This document shows positions 8,530 to 16,880 of a DNA stretch of 25,013 nt, piece after piece. A model generated the notes under the pieces. It saw only the letters and a list, made by a program, of their open reading frames with translations, was not told the DNA's origin and made no database searches. The stretch is from an uncultured Thermoplasmata archaeon (GTDB lineage Archaea; Thermoplasmatota; Thermoplasmata; Halarchaeoplasmatales; Halarchaeoplasmataceae), in assembly GCA_964399335.1 (NCBI GenBank), contig CAYNQI010000015.1, forward strand, positions 1 to 25,013, read 5' to 3'. Each line of letters begins with the position of its first letter. The stretch's first letter is position 1. The translations under genes were made by a program, and so were the position numbers.

Positions 8530-9474
8530 TCATATGGACTTTATCCAGGCTAGTAAATTTTTCAAATGAATCTCGTCGTTTGCCCCTTCTAATAATTGAT
8601 AATCTATTTCTGCCATTTTATTGACGATCTTCATCCTGATTTTTTCATCCATGGGTATCTTGAATAATTCCTCATGTAGCTTCACTAAAACTTCCCTTCC
8701 AGATAATCCTTCATCGATCATCAAATCGTAAAGTTTTTCTCTCACCTCTAGAAAATTTTTTCGAAATGAATCTCTTAGGAGTTTATTTATCTCTTCTAAA
8801 CCAGTAAGATTACTATGATCGATAAGAGCTTCTTCTGTGATCTTATCTGAAGATACTGCTGATAGTTGTAAAAGATTGGTTATCTTTCTTAAATTTCCCT
8901 TTCCGTAATTAATCAGGAATTTAATTGCACCTTCTTCGACCTGCAGACTCTCCTCTTTTATTATTATATCTAACCAGGATTTTACGTGGTCTTTACTCAA
9001 AGGCCTAAAATGCAGTTGTACACACCTTGATCTTATCGGGTCAATGATCTTAGATGAATTATTACATGAAAGTACAAATCTCACGTTTTCTGAATATTTT
9101 TCTAATATCCTTCTAAGGGCCGATTGGGCTTCGTTTGAAAATGACTCAGCTTCGTCGATAAATATGATCTTAAAATTTTTTTTGGTGAGTGATGTAGTCA
9201 TAGCTGCATTTTTAACTTCCTTACGTACAGCTTTGATCCCTCTTCTATGACTAGCGTTCAACTCTAAAAAATTTCCTTCCCAGTCGTTTCCATAAATATC
9301 CTTTGCCAAAGCTATAGTCGAGCTGGTTTTTCCAACCCCTGATGGACCAACAAGAAGAAGATGAGGCAAACTCTCCTCTTCTTTGTATTTTTTTAACTTG
9401 TCAATTACCTGATACTGGTTTATGATTTCACTTAAAGAATCTGGTCTATATTTCTCAGTCCAAAGTTCATCCAT
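8530..9474 (-). CDS. rfcS: Replication factor C small subunit (divergent)
   Basis: WTEKYRP, LPHLLL-GPSGVGKT, LELNAS, IIFIDEAE, AQSALRR, RFVLSCN.SSKII.PIRSRC and the C-terminal GLSGREVL...EGANDEIHL collar domain. Confidence 0.9.
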   Translation of the reverse strand: MDELWTEKYRPDSLSEIINQYQVIDKLKKYKEEESLPHLLLVGPSGVGKTSSTIALAKDIYGNDWEGNFLELNASHRRGIKAVRKEVKNAAMTTSLTKKNFKIIFIDEAESFSNEAQSALRRILEKYSENVRFVLSCNNSSKIIDPIRSRCVQLHFRPLSKDHVKSWLDIIIKEESLQVEEGAIKFLINYGKGNLRKITNLLQLSAVSSDKITEEALIDHSNLTGLEEINKLLRDSFRKNFLEVREKLYDLMIDEGLSGREVLVKLHEELFKIPMDEKIRMKIVNKMAEIDYQLLEGANDEIHLKNLLAWIKSI

Positions 9475-9524
9475 GATATTTCAACAACGCATTCTGATTA
9501 ATTATAATTTACGAAACATTCAGT

Positions 9525-10841
9525 TTATTCCACTTTATCGATCAGAATGACTGTAATATCATTTACATTAGTATTACTTTCAAATTCAATAGAATCTCCC
9601 AACTCATCGAAAAATCTTTGAGAATCATGTTTTTTTAAAAGTTCTTTAGCATTTAGTTTACAGCGTCTTATAGATGAAGTATCCGCTATTGCACCAGCCT
9701 TTCCTCGCCCATCGGTTCCATCAGAATCTACACTAGCTACAACAATTTTCTCTCTGTTCATGATTTCCATAGCAAAACCCAATACAAATTCTCTGTTGGG
9801 TCCTCCCTTAACATCGGAATTAGTTATGTCACTAATCTTCACAGTTGATTCACCACCAATAACTAAAGCAGCTGGAGGTTTAATAGGATTAAGTGAATCC
9901 TGAATTTCCTTTGCAATACCGGAGAAGGATTTGGCCACTTCCCTTGCCTCTCCAGAATTTTGAGATGTCATTATCTTTGTATTAAATCCCTCTCTTTCAC
10001 CGGTCTTTTTCATTTCCCGTAACGCTAACAAATTATTTCCTATCAAATAATTTTCAGCTTTGACCACCTTTGGCGTCTCCTGAACATTCTCATCTATACC
10101 CATCTTTATGTGTTTTCGAATACTTTTAGGTATCTTATCCCAGAGTTCAAAATCTACAAGGATCTCTTTTGCATCTATGGATGTAGTTTCATCTGGATGA
10201 GTGGGGCCAGAGGCGATATCAGTCAGATGATCTCCAACAACATCTGATAAGATGAGTGATACTACCGTCCCGTGCTGACTGCATAATTCCCCGAATTTTC
10301 CCCCTTTTACTTTAGAGATATGTTTCCTAATCGTGTTTATCTGATGAATATTGGCACCAGAATTGATCAGCAGACGGTTTAACTGATTTACATCTTTTAA
10401 CGAAATTCCATCTACTGGATAGGTGAAAAGTGATGAACCACCACCGGATATCAATACAATAAATAAACAATCTTCTTTTTGTTCAACTTTCGATATCATC
10501 TCCCGGGATGCGTTCAAACTATTTTTTCCTGGATATGGATGGTCTCCTTCTTTTATCTCGATGGTATCTTTTTGACGCTTAGATCTTACTCGCTTTTCAG
10601 TGATCACTAAACCATCATCTGGATCTAACTTTTCACAGCCAGATGCCATAGCTATCGATGCTTTACCTATACCTAATACCACTATTTCTTTGAAATCGCC
10701 ACGATTAAATACCCTATCACAGATTTTTATTTTATCATTATCAGTATAAATATTTTGATCTGTGAGTTTATAAGGATCGGCAGCTTTAACTCCGGTTTTT
10801 ATCATCTTTAAGGCAATCTCTTTAATCTCTTTCATTCTCAT
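9525..10841 (-). CDS. gck: Glycerate 2-kinase (GckA/TtuD, MOFRL family)
   Basis: GIGKAS, HPYP, LISGGGSSL, INTIRKHISKVKGG, SDVVGD..IASGPT, GGESTV, GGPNRE, DSDGTDG and TNVND. Confidence 0.92.
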   Translation of the reverse strand: MRMKEIKEIALKMIKTGVKAADPYKLTDQNIYTDNDKIKICDRVFNRGDFKEIVVLGIGKASIAMASGCEKLDPDDGLVITEKRVRSKRQKDTIEIKEGDHPYPGKNSLNASREMISKVEQKEDCLFIVLISGGGSSLFTYPVDGISLKDVNQLNRLLINSGANIHQINTIRKHISKVKGGKFGELCSQHGTVVSLILSDVVGDHLTDIASGPTHPDETTSIDAKEILVDFELWDKIPKSIRKHIKMGIDENVQETPKVVKAENYLIGNNLLALREMKKTGEREGFNTKIMTSQNSGEAREVAKSFSGIAKEIQDSLNPIKPPAALVIGGESTVKISDITNSDVKGGPNREFVLGFAMEIMNREKIVVASVDSDGTDGRGKAGAIADTSSIRRCKLNAKELLKKHDSQRFFDELGDSIEFESNTNVNDITVILIDKVE

Positions 10842-11009
10842 TAAACTTGCACCTATTTTTCGATGTTAGATTAAGGTATATAACATATAAATAATTAAAG
10901 TACAATTTGGTATAGGGACTAATTTTTGCGTGAAATCGTCTATAACCTCCCAAAATTGTTAATACAACCTATTGAATTTGTTTCATCAAGCGATAAGAAG
11001 GTTGATACC

Positions 11010-11291
11010 ATGGATGATGAGAATACTGTATTTATAGGAAGTAAGGAAACGATGAGCTATGTGATGGCAACGATGGAACAGTTCAATAAAGGAAGCGATG
11101 AAGTAGTGATAAAAGCTAGAGGCAGAGCTATCAGTAAGGCAGTCGATGTTGCTGAGATCACAAAGAACCGCTTTTTACAGGACACAGATATCACAGACAT
11201 CGTCACGGATACCGAAGAATTGGACAACAAAGAAGGATCTGGTAGTACTAATGTCTCTTCAATAGAGATAACTATGAAGAAAACAGCTTAA
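11010..11291 (+). CDS. albA: Chromatin/RNA-binding protein Alba
   Basis: VFIG.K..M.YV, IKARGRAISKAVDVAEI..NRF and NVSSIEI. Start at ATG 11010 after AGGTTGAT (93 aa); the track start at 10926 is over-extended. Confidence 0.95.
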   Translation: MDDENTVFIGSKETMSYVMATMEQFNKGSDEVVIKARGRAISKAVDVAEITKNRFLQDTDITDIVTDTEELDNKEGSGSTNVSSIEITMKKTA

Positions 11292-11365
11292 GGAAAATAG
11301 CTGTAATCTATTAAACACTGGATTGTCTTTGTTATAAATCGTTTAATTACCTAATCTTAGGGTTA

Positions 11366-11420
11366 AGGGATATAATAGTTTAGCATATCCCTAAAAAACT
11401 ATTTCTTATTTTATTTTTTC
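11366..11420 (+). terminator. Hairpin plus T-rich tract between the convergent alba and usp genes
   Basis: AGGGATAT (11366-11373) / ATATCCCT (11385-11392) form an 8-bp stem with an 11-nt loop, followed by TTTCTTATTTTATTTTTT. Confidence 0.4.
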
Positions 11421-11476
11421 GTTATATAGATTAAATCTTAAGTCTTGATAATCTACATAAGACTTAGATTTCGGCT

Positions 11477-11932
11477 TTAAACTTCATTTGCTTTTACAAC
11501 AGCAACAGTTGCTTTGGTATGTTTTATAACTCTGTTAGTAGTACTACCAAGGAAAAGCGAAGATATGCCTGACCTGCCATGAGATGATATATATATTATA
11601 TCATTCTTATCAGCTAGCTTACAGATCTCTTTATATGGGGTACCTTCCACCAATTTTGTTTTTAATTCAACCCCTATCTCATCAGCCTCTCTTTTGACTT
11701 TATTTAGAATTTTTTCACCTTGTTTTTTTAAACCGTTTCTGATTGCTTCATGAGCCCCAACATCAACGTCTGCCATTTCATATCCTATATAACTTTGAGA
11801 ATAGCTACTAGGGGATAAAACATAGATGGCAACTGCAGGTATACCGAATTTTTTGGCTGCTTTTAAACCCTCTTCTACACCAACGTGAGCTAGTTCCGAG
11901 CTGTCAGTTGGTAAGATAACTTTTCCATACAT
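11477..11932 (-). CDS. Universal stress protein (UspA family)
   Basis: KVILPTDSS, EGTPYKEI, SSHGRSG...LGSTTNRVIK...VAVVK. Confidence 0.93.
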   Translation of the reverse strand: MYGKVILPTDSSELAHVGVEEGLKAAKKFGIPAVAIYVLSPSSYSQSYIGYEMADVDVGAHEAIRNGLKKQGEKILNKVKREADEIGVELKTKLVEGTPYKEICKLADKNDIIYISSHGRSGISSLFLGSTTNRVIKHTKATVAVVKANEV

Positions 11933-12046
11933 ATATAATATATGAACTTTGATGGTTGTAAATATTTCGGTTTTAGAACAAGTAACAAAATATATTCAGA
12001 GTATTTTCCAAATGATTTATTTATGAGATGTCCATAAATCATCTTG

Positions 12047-12760
12047 ATGGAAAAGCTAAAAGGTTTAGACCTTGAAGGGAAGTTAGTATTGGACGCTGGT
12101 ACTGGCGCAGGCAATATGACTAGATTCTTAGAAAATTGGGGCGCAAAAGTGATCTCTATAGATTTAAATCAAAGATGGCAATTTGATTGTAAAACTAGTG
12201 TTCAAAAAACCCAATTCATAACTGGTGACCTATCTGACATGACTTTTTTGAAAAATGATTGTTTTGATTATGTGATCTGTAATTTTGTGGTTAGTGCACT
12301 ATCCGAAACTAAGAATTTACTTTTAACTTCTGTACTTAGAGAATTTTACCGCGTGTTAAAAGAGGATGGGATGCTGGTCATCATAGATTACCATCCATTT
12401 AGACCAGACGATACACCATCTTCATTACATGATGTCCAAACACAATTATGGAGGATGGAAAATGCAATTTCCGAATTACTTGGGGAAGGACATCTAGAAG
12501 AAATACATCCTGAGATCCTGGCAAAAGAATTGAGATCCATCGGTTTCAAGGATACAGATTTTTCTATATTGATGGAAGAAGTGCCGTGGCCTATAGATCT
12601 GTTAAAAGAACATGAAAGTTTGATTATAAAGGATATTGAGGAATTAGATGATCAAGATCTAGAAGAATCTTTTAAAAAGAAGCTTAAAAGATTGATGGGC
12701 AGGGCTGAATCTGAACAAATTAGATCTGGTTCGATATACGAACTTAGAGCTGAACTATAA
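12047..12760 (+). CDS. Class I SAM-dependent methyltransferase
   Basis: VLDAGTGAG motif I, ISID, GDLSDM.F..DCFDYV and VLKEDGMLVIID. TTTATTTA lies 23 nt upstream of ATG 12047. Confidence 0.88.
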   Translation: MEKLKGLDLEGKLVLDAGTGAGNMTRFLENWGAKVISIDLNQRWQFDCKTSVQKTQFITGDLSDMTFLKNDCFDYVICNFVVSALSETKNLLLTSVLREFYRVLKEDGMLVIIDYHPFRPDDTPSSLHDVQTQLWRMENAISELLGEGHLEEIHPEILAKELRSIGFKDTDFSILMEEVPWPIDLLKEHESLIIKDIEELDDQDLEESFKKKLKRLMGRAESEQIRSGSIYELRAEL

Positions 12761-12813
12761 GAAACCAAAAATTTATATTACTTGATTCATATTCTATATC
12801 GAGGGTTGATAAC

Positions 12814-12894
12814 TTGGACAATAGTATCAAAGCAAAACTGATCTTGATAACTTTAGTTATATTGAGTTTGTTACTAACCTGGTTCACTTTCTAA
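12814..12894 (+). CDS. Putative 26-aa single-TM microprotein
   Basis: TTG start gives MDNSIKAKLILITLVILSLLLTWFTF*. GAGG SD at 12801-12804 and an AAAAATTTATATTA TATA-like element at about 12767-12780. Overlaps the mptA 3' end by 11 nt. Confidence 0.45.
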   Translation: MDNSIKAKLILITLVILSLLLTWFTF

Positions 12895-13771
12895 GTTCGC
12901 CGAAAGTGGTCACTCTCTCTGCGAAAGCATTATGCTTATGAATAGACTCTTCGCTTTCGCTTTTCACATCTACATGAGTAAAATCGGGTAGATGACTGTA
13001 TTTTTCTAAAAGATTTGATAAAATGTCCCTTACTACATCTTCCACAAATTTCGGATTCTCATGGGCCTGCATAACAACCGCTGCTTCGTCGTCTCGTTTT
13101 AAAATTTCATGAGTAGGTGAAGAAAGTGAATCCTCGATTATATATATCAGATCATTAACCTCGATAGATTCACCATCAGGAACTTCTATCATAACTGTGC
13201 TTTTGTTTCTCTGGTTGTGGGTGATGAAAGGTATCTTATCCAAGGAATTTTTTAAATCGGGATATCTCTTGATGTAGAGATTTCTTACTGTTTCCATAGC
13301 ACATGGACACGCATTTAATCCTAAAACGGTGACACCGATATATTTTCTTAATTCACCTTCTCTATAAGCTTCCGCTCTAGCTTTTATTTTATAATTCTCT
13401 AAACTAGATCGTCCTTTAGGGGATTCTTTTTCCAAAAAATAATCGGCACTGATATCGACTTCAGAATATGCAGCATATTCATGCCGATCTAATAATATTT
13501 CACACATCTGGGCTGTTAGATTCTCTAAACCTTTTACCGGCTCTCTTACGCTCTTATCAACAACCTCTCCAGTCACTTCAACATTACGGGACATATGTGA
13601 GCCTTTTTGCTCCGATGGAAGATCGACATAAACGTCTATCTCTGCATTCAAAGTAATATCCCCCCATGGTCTTCTAACAACTATAGGTTTTTTGACACCA
13701 GTAACTCCTACTCGGGTGATTTTGAACCGTTTTTCAGCTTTCATATTTTGTACGTCGCCGGAAGAATTCAT
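12884..13771 (-). CDS. mptA: GTP cyclohydrolase MptA (FolE2 family)
   Basis: DVQ, RVGVTGVKKP, KGSHMSR, ACPCA, THNQR, ILKR.DE, NPKFVEDVVR and ESIHKHNA. Confidence 0.95.
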   Translation of the reverse strand: MNSSGDVQNMKAEKRFKITRVGVTGVKKPIVVRRPWGDITLNAEIDVYVDLPSEQKGSHMSRNVEVTGEVVDKSVREPVKGLENLTAQMCEILLDRHEYAAYSEVDISADYFLEKESPKGRSSLENYKIKARAEAYREGELRKYIGVTVLGLNACPCAMETVRNLYIKRYPDLKNSLDKIPFITHNQRNKSTVMIEVPDGESIEVNDLIYIIEDSLSSPTHEILKRDDEAAVVMQAHENPKFVEDVVRDILSNLLEKYSHLPDFTHVDVKSESEESIHKHNAFAERVTTFGELRK

Positions 13772-13795
13772 ATTACTAACTCAATTCAAGGTGAT

Positions 13796-13802
13796 TATTA
13801 AA
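13796..13802 (-). promoter_or_regulatory. Putative TATA box for a leaderless mptA transcript
   Basis: Minus-strand AAAAGGG-TTTAATA ends 24 nt before the mptA ATG, and no SD is present. Confidence 0.45.
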
Positions 13803-13810
13803 CCCTTTTG

Positions 13811-14326
13811 TTAGTGTTTAATTTTATCTTGTATCCTTTTAAGCACTAATAAAGAACTATCCAACTCTCCTTTTTCCATAAAGTCAATTGTTTTATTTAA
13901 CAATACTTTGAACTCTGAAAAGTCATCTTTAGATATGTCTAAATCATCATAATCTTTACTTCCCTTCTCTATACCGTCTAAAGTCTCGATCAAGGGTTCA
14001 AAGATTTCTTTAAAAGCATTGTTTATTAATTCCTCTGCTTCATCAAAATCCCCAACCTCTAGCTGTTCTCTAGCTTTACTAATCTTTTTATTGCATGCTA
14101 AAGTATTGATATCGAATTTTTCAGCCCAGAAGATCATGTTATACACCAGGGTAAATTTTTTCCTGATCTCGTTTTCAGTTTTATTTATAGTATCTTTGAT
14201 GGTAAGTTCATTTCCACAGATAGGACAAACCCTCAATTCTATCAAAATATCAGAATTACATTTTTCGCAAACAATTCCCCTTTCTTGATCATTATCGTTC
14301 TGGTTATCCATCGACTTGGATAGCAT
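13811..14326 (-). CDS. Zinc-ribbon / helical hypothetical protein
   Basis: N-terminal CEKC-x10-CPICG, followed by amphipathic helices (KKISKAREQLEVGDFDEAEELINNA; GELDSSLLVLK). Confidence 0.75.
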   Translation of the reverse strand: MLSKSMDNQNDNDQERGIVCEKCNSDILIELRVCPICGNELTIKDTINKTENEIRKKFTLVYNMIFWAEKFDINTLACNKKISKAREQLEVGDFDEAEELINNAFKEIFEPLIETLDGIEKGSKDYDDLDISKDDFSEFKVLLNKTIDFMEKGELDSSLLVLKRIQDKIKH

Positions 14327-14354
14327 AAAGTCAGTAAATATACTTTTTGAATAA

Positions 14355-15266
14355 TCAGATATCTAAATATTCTAATTCAGCTTCAAATTCATCTAAATGG
14401 TCTTTTTTTATAGTTTTTGGATCTACAGCTAAGATAAAAATACCATCTTCTATGGAAGTTATATCTTGTATCTCAAGTATCGTTTTCAAAAGATCTTGAA
14501 ATTTAAGATGAGAGAGGAGATACTCTATTCCATGAAGCATAAAGATACCTTTTTTCATTTTCATAAACGTCGAAGAAATTTTGGGTGCTTGTTTGCAAAA
14601 ATCACGAGGTTTTATAGTGTTAATATCCTCAGTTCCTTCTACAGAACTCATCCAAAAGATAGGGAATTGAATTTCTTGATGTTTATCTCTAATTTTCGAA
14701 GGAAAAATTCTAGTAAAGCATAAACCGGGTATGTCTTGTTTTAAAGCCTGTGTAAAAATTTGAAAAGTTTCACTAGCGTCTTTTGAATTATCCTGGATCA
14801 TATACGATTTACCGAAGTTTAAATCTGTTAGATCACTACTTTTCTTCTCTATACCCCGTAATTCAGAAAAATCGTCTTTAACCTTTTTATCAGATTTTAT
14901 AACTTTATAGTGTCCTTTTCGTATTTTTGCTACATGATGATCTCCTAATAGACCAGATACTATACCCGCAGTATAGCCTGCTAGAAAATGGTCATCATCG
15001 ATATTTGAATCAAATGGTTTGATCTCGATAGGATCATCTACATTGACGTCAAGTTTTGTTATACCTGAATGGATCGCGGTTAGAACGACTTTAGTTTTCA
15101 GTTCGTCATGCTCACATTTTTCTCCACTCAATTTCACGGTTTCTTTACCCCATTCGTAACCAAGATGGTATATAGCAAAGTTCGCTTCTTCTATATCCCC
15201 AATTTCTTCTATAGTCATCCGAAGATAGGGTATAATTCTTGTTGGCATCGAAACTAGGTCTGTCAT
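14355..15266 (-). CDS. V4R-like domain fused to DUF835 (degenerate KaiC/RecA-like) domain
   Basis: The N-terminal YHLGYEWGK...HSGIT...HFLAGYTAGIVSGLLG resembles the V4R core. The C-terminal SYMI...GLCFTR..P...IFWMSS...I.P...IFMLHGIEYL....F...L..I.D......ILAVDP is the DUF835 pattern. The ATG overlaps the upstream GTPase stop (ATGA). Confidence 0.75.
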   Translation of the reverse strand: MTDLVSMPTRIIPYLRMTIEEIGDIEEANFAIYHLGYEWGKETVKLSGEKCEHDELKTKVVLTAIHSGITKLDVNVDDPIEIKPFDSNIDDDHFLAGYTAGIVSGLLGDHHVAKIRKGHYKVIKSDKKVKDDFSELRGIEKKSSDLTDLNFGKSYMIQDNSKDASETFQIFTQALKQDIPGLCFTRIFPSKIRDKHQEIQFPIFWMSSVEGTEDINTIKPRDFCKQAPKISSTFMKMKKGIFMLHGIEYLLSHLKFQDLLKTILEIQDITSIEDGIFILAVDPKTIKKDHLDEFEAELEYLDI

Positions 15267-15892
15267 TTTTTATCCCTCTTTGATAATATCTTTCCTAAGG
15301 AGTGAAATGCTTCTTCTACATTTTCTCCAGTTTTAGCACTAGTAAAATAATATGGAAAATCGAATCCTACTTCTTTTTTCTTTTCTTTTGCCCAATTCCA
15401 AAGGTCCTCAGGTGAAACTCTAGAAAAGTCAGGTAGTTTATCATATACATCTTGGTAGAAGTCAATCATTTCCTTATGTTCTTTTTTTAAATAGGTTTCA
15501 ATATCCTCGTACATACTACTCTCGTAACCTTCGATGAGGTCAAATTTGTTTCCTATGATAACGAAAGGAATGTCACCTGTGATCTTGAAAACATCCGATA
15601 CCCAGTTATCGAGATTTGTAAATGTTTTGTAACGTGTTTGGTCATAAACTATAACAGCTCCATCTGCTCCTGAATAATGAGATGCATGAAGATCTTCATT
15701 CATTTTCTGGCCGTAAATATCCCAAAGAAGAAATTTTAAATCTAAATCTGGTATCTCTTTTTTCTTAACGTTGACTCCTATAGTTGCAATATATCTGTCA
15801 TCGAATTTCTGTTCAACGAATCTTCGAACCAGGGAGGTCTTTCCAACGCCCCCGTCACCTAAAAGTAAGATTTTTGCAGATTTAGATCCCAT
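15263..15892 (-). CDS. Rab-like small GTPase 1 (with an insert of about 37 aa between G4 and G5)
   Basis: G1 GDGGVGKTS, G2 ATIGV, G3 WDIYGQ, HYSGADG, G4 NKFD and G5 TSAK. Confidence 0.93.
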   Translation of the reverse strand: MGSKSAKILLLGDGGVGKTSLVRRFVEQKFDDRYIATIGVNVKKKEIPDLDLKFLLWDIYGQKMNEDLHASHYSGADGAVIVYDQTRYKTFTNLDNWVSDVFKITGDIPFVIIGNKFDLIEGYESSMYEDIETYLKKEHKEMIDFYQDVYDKLPDFSRVSPEDLWNWAKEKKKEVGFDFPYYFTSAKTGENVEEAFHSLGKILSKRDKK

Positions 15893-15913
15893 GGTATAAC
15901 AGCTTCAAGATGG

Positions 15914-15921
15914 TATAAAAA
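15914..15921 (-). promoter_or_regulatory. TATA box of the GTPase1-V4R/DUF835-Zn-ribbon operon
   Basis: Minus-strand TTTTTATA matches the archaeal TATA consensus and ends 21 nt before the ATG at 15892, consistent with a leaderless transcript. Confidence 0.55.
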
Positions 15922-16005
15922 TGTATGTAGGTATTTATCAATAAATTTATCAAAGCTGGCAAACATAAGCAAAATATAATTAATCCTAGGGTTATGAATA
16001 AGTAG

Positions 16006-16818
16006 ATGAAAGGCAAGGTTGTTAAAAGAAAGGTCAATCTATTAGGTCCTCAAGGTGTCGGTAAAACATCACTTATCATGAGATATGTTAAGAATGTTTT
16101 TGGGGATGAATACCTCAAAACTATTGGTACTAACATTTACACTAAGGACATATCATTTGAAGAAGGAGATATAAAACTAATAATTCAAGATATAATGGGA
16201 GAAAGTGGGTTTAAAACAGTTCGGGAAGGAGCTTACAAAGGCTCTACAGGGGCTATCGCTGTAGCCGATATTACTAGAACTGAAACTTTGAATAATTTAT
16301 TGAATGATTGGATCCCCAGATATAAACGGTCATCTAGTGATGACAATCCCATCTTATTAGCGGTAAACAAGTTCGATCTTGAAAGCAAAAACATATCTAC
16401 AGATCAATTAGAGGATGTTTACAATCTATTTGATCATGTCATCTTTACTTCAGCAAAGACTGGAAGGAATGTAGAATATCTTTTCAAAGAACTAGCATCT
16501 AGAGTTATATACAATATGCAGTTATCAGCTAGAGACATTGAAGATATCATTTTAAGTTATAAGTTGAATACGCCTAAAGAAATGTTAGACGCGTTGTTAT
16601 CTATAAGCTCTCATTTAGGTGAAATGCCTTATAATATACGTGAAGGTCTACTTCAAGAAAGCGGAATAAACAAATTTGATCTTGATGAAGAGATTTTCTC
16701 TATCGAAGAGGATAAGGTTTTGAAATTTGCAAATGTGTTGATGTATTGGTATGATGAAAAAGAAGTAAAACGCGCTCATAAATTGATACAAAAAGTTGTA
16801 GATGAATATAAAGATTAG
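16006..16818 (+). CDS. Rab-like small GTPase 2 with a helical C-terminal extension of about 100 aa
   Basis: G1 GPQGVGKTS, G2 KTIGT, G3 QDIMGE, AYKGSTG, G4 NKFD and G5 TSAK. Residues from about 170 to 270 form an extra domain. Confidence 0.92.
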   Translation: MKGKVVKRKVNLLGPQGVGKTSLIMRYVKNVFGDEYLKTIGTNIYTKDISFEEGDIKLIIQDIMGESGFKTVREGAYKGSTGAIAVADITRTETLNNLLNDWIPRYKRSSSDDNPILLAVNKFDLESKNISTDQLEDVYNLFDHVIFTSAKTGRNVEYLFKELASRVIYNMQLSARDIEDIILSYKLNTPKEMLDALLSISSHLGEMPYNIREGLLQESGINKFDLDEEIFSIEEDKVLKFANVLMYWYDEKEVKRAHKLIQKVVDEYKD

Positions 16819-16880
16819 AAGATTAGTTGATAAAGAGGCACAATTTACTAATAGTTGATATGACCAATTAATTAGTGAAG

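Noticed and set aside
12806-12853. Direct repeat TTGATAACTT x2 (12806, 12844)
   Set aside because: Two 10-mers in AT-rich DNA, with no array or element ends. The second copy lies within the proposed microprotein ORF.
15933-15953. ATTTATCAA x2 with a 12-bp period between the two GTPase promoters
   Set aside because: It could be an operator, but it is short and AT-rich, and no cognate regulator or second copy was seen. Not supportable.
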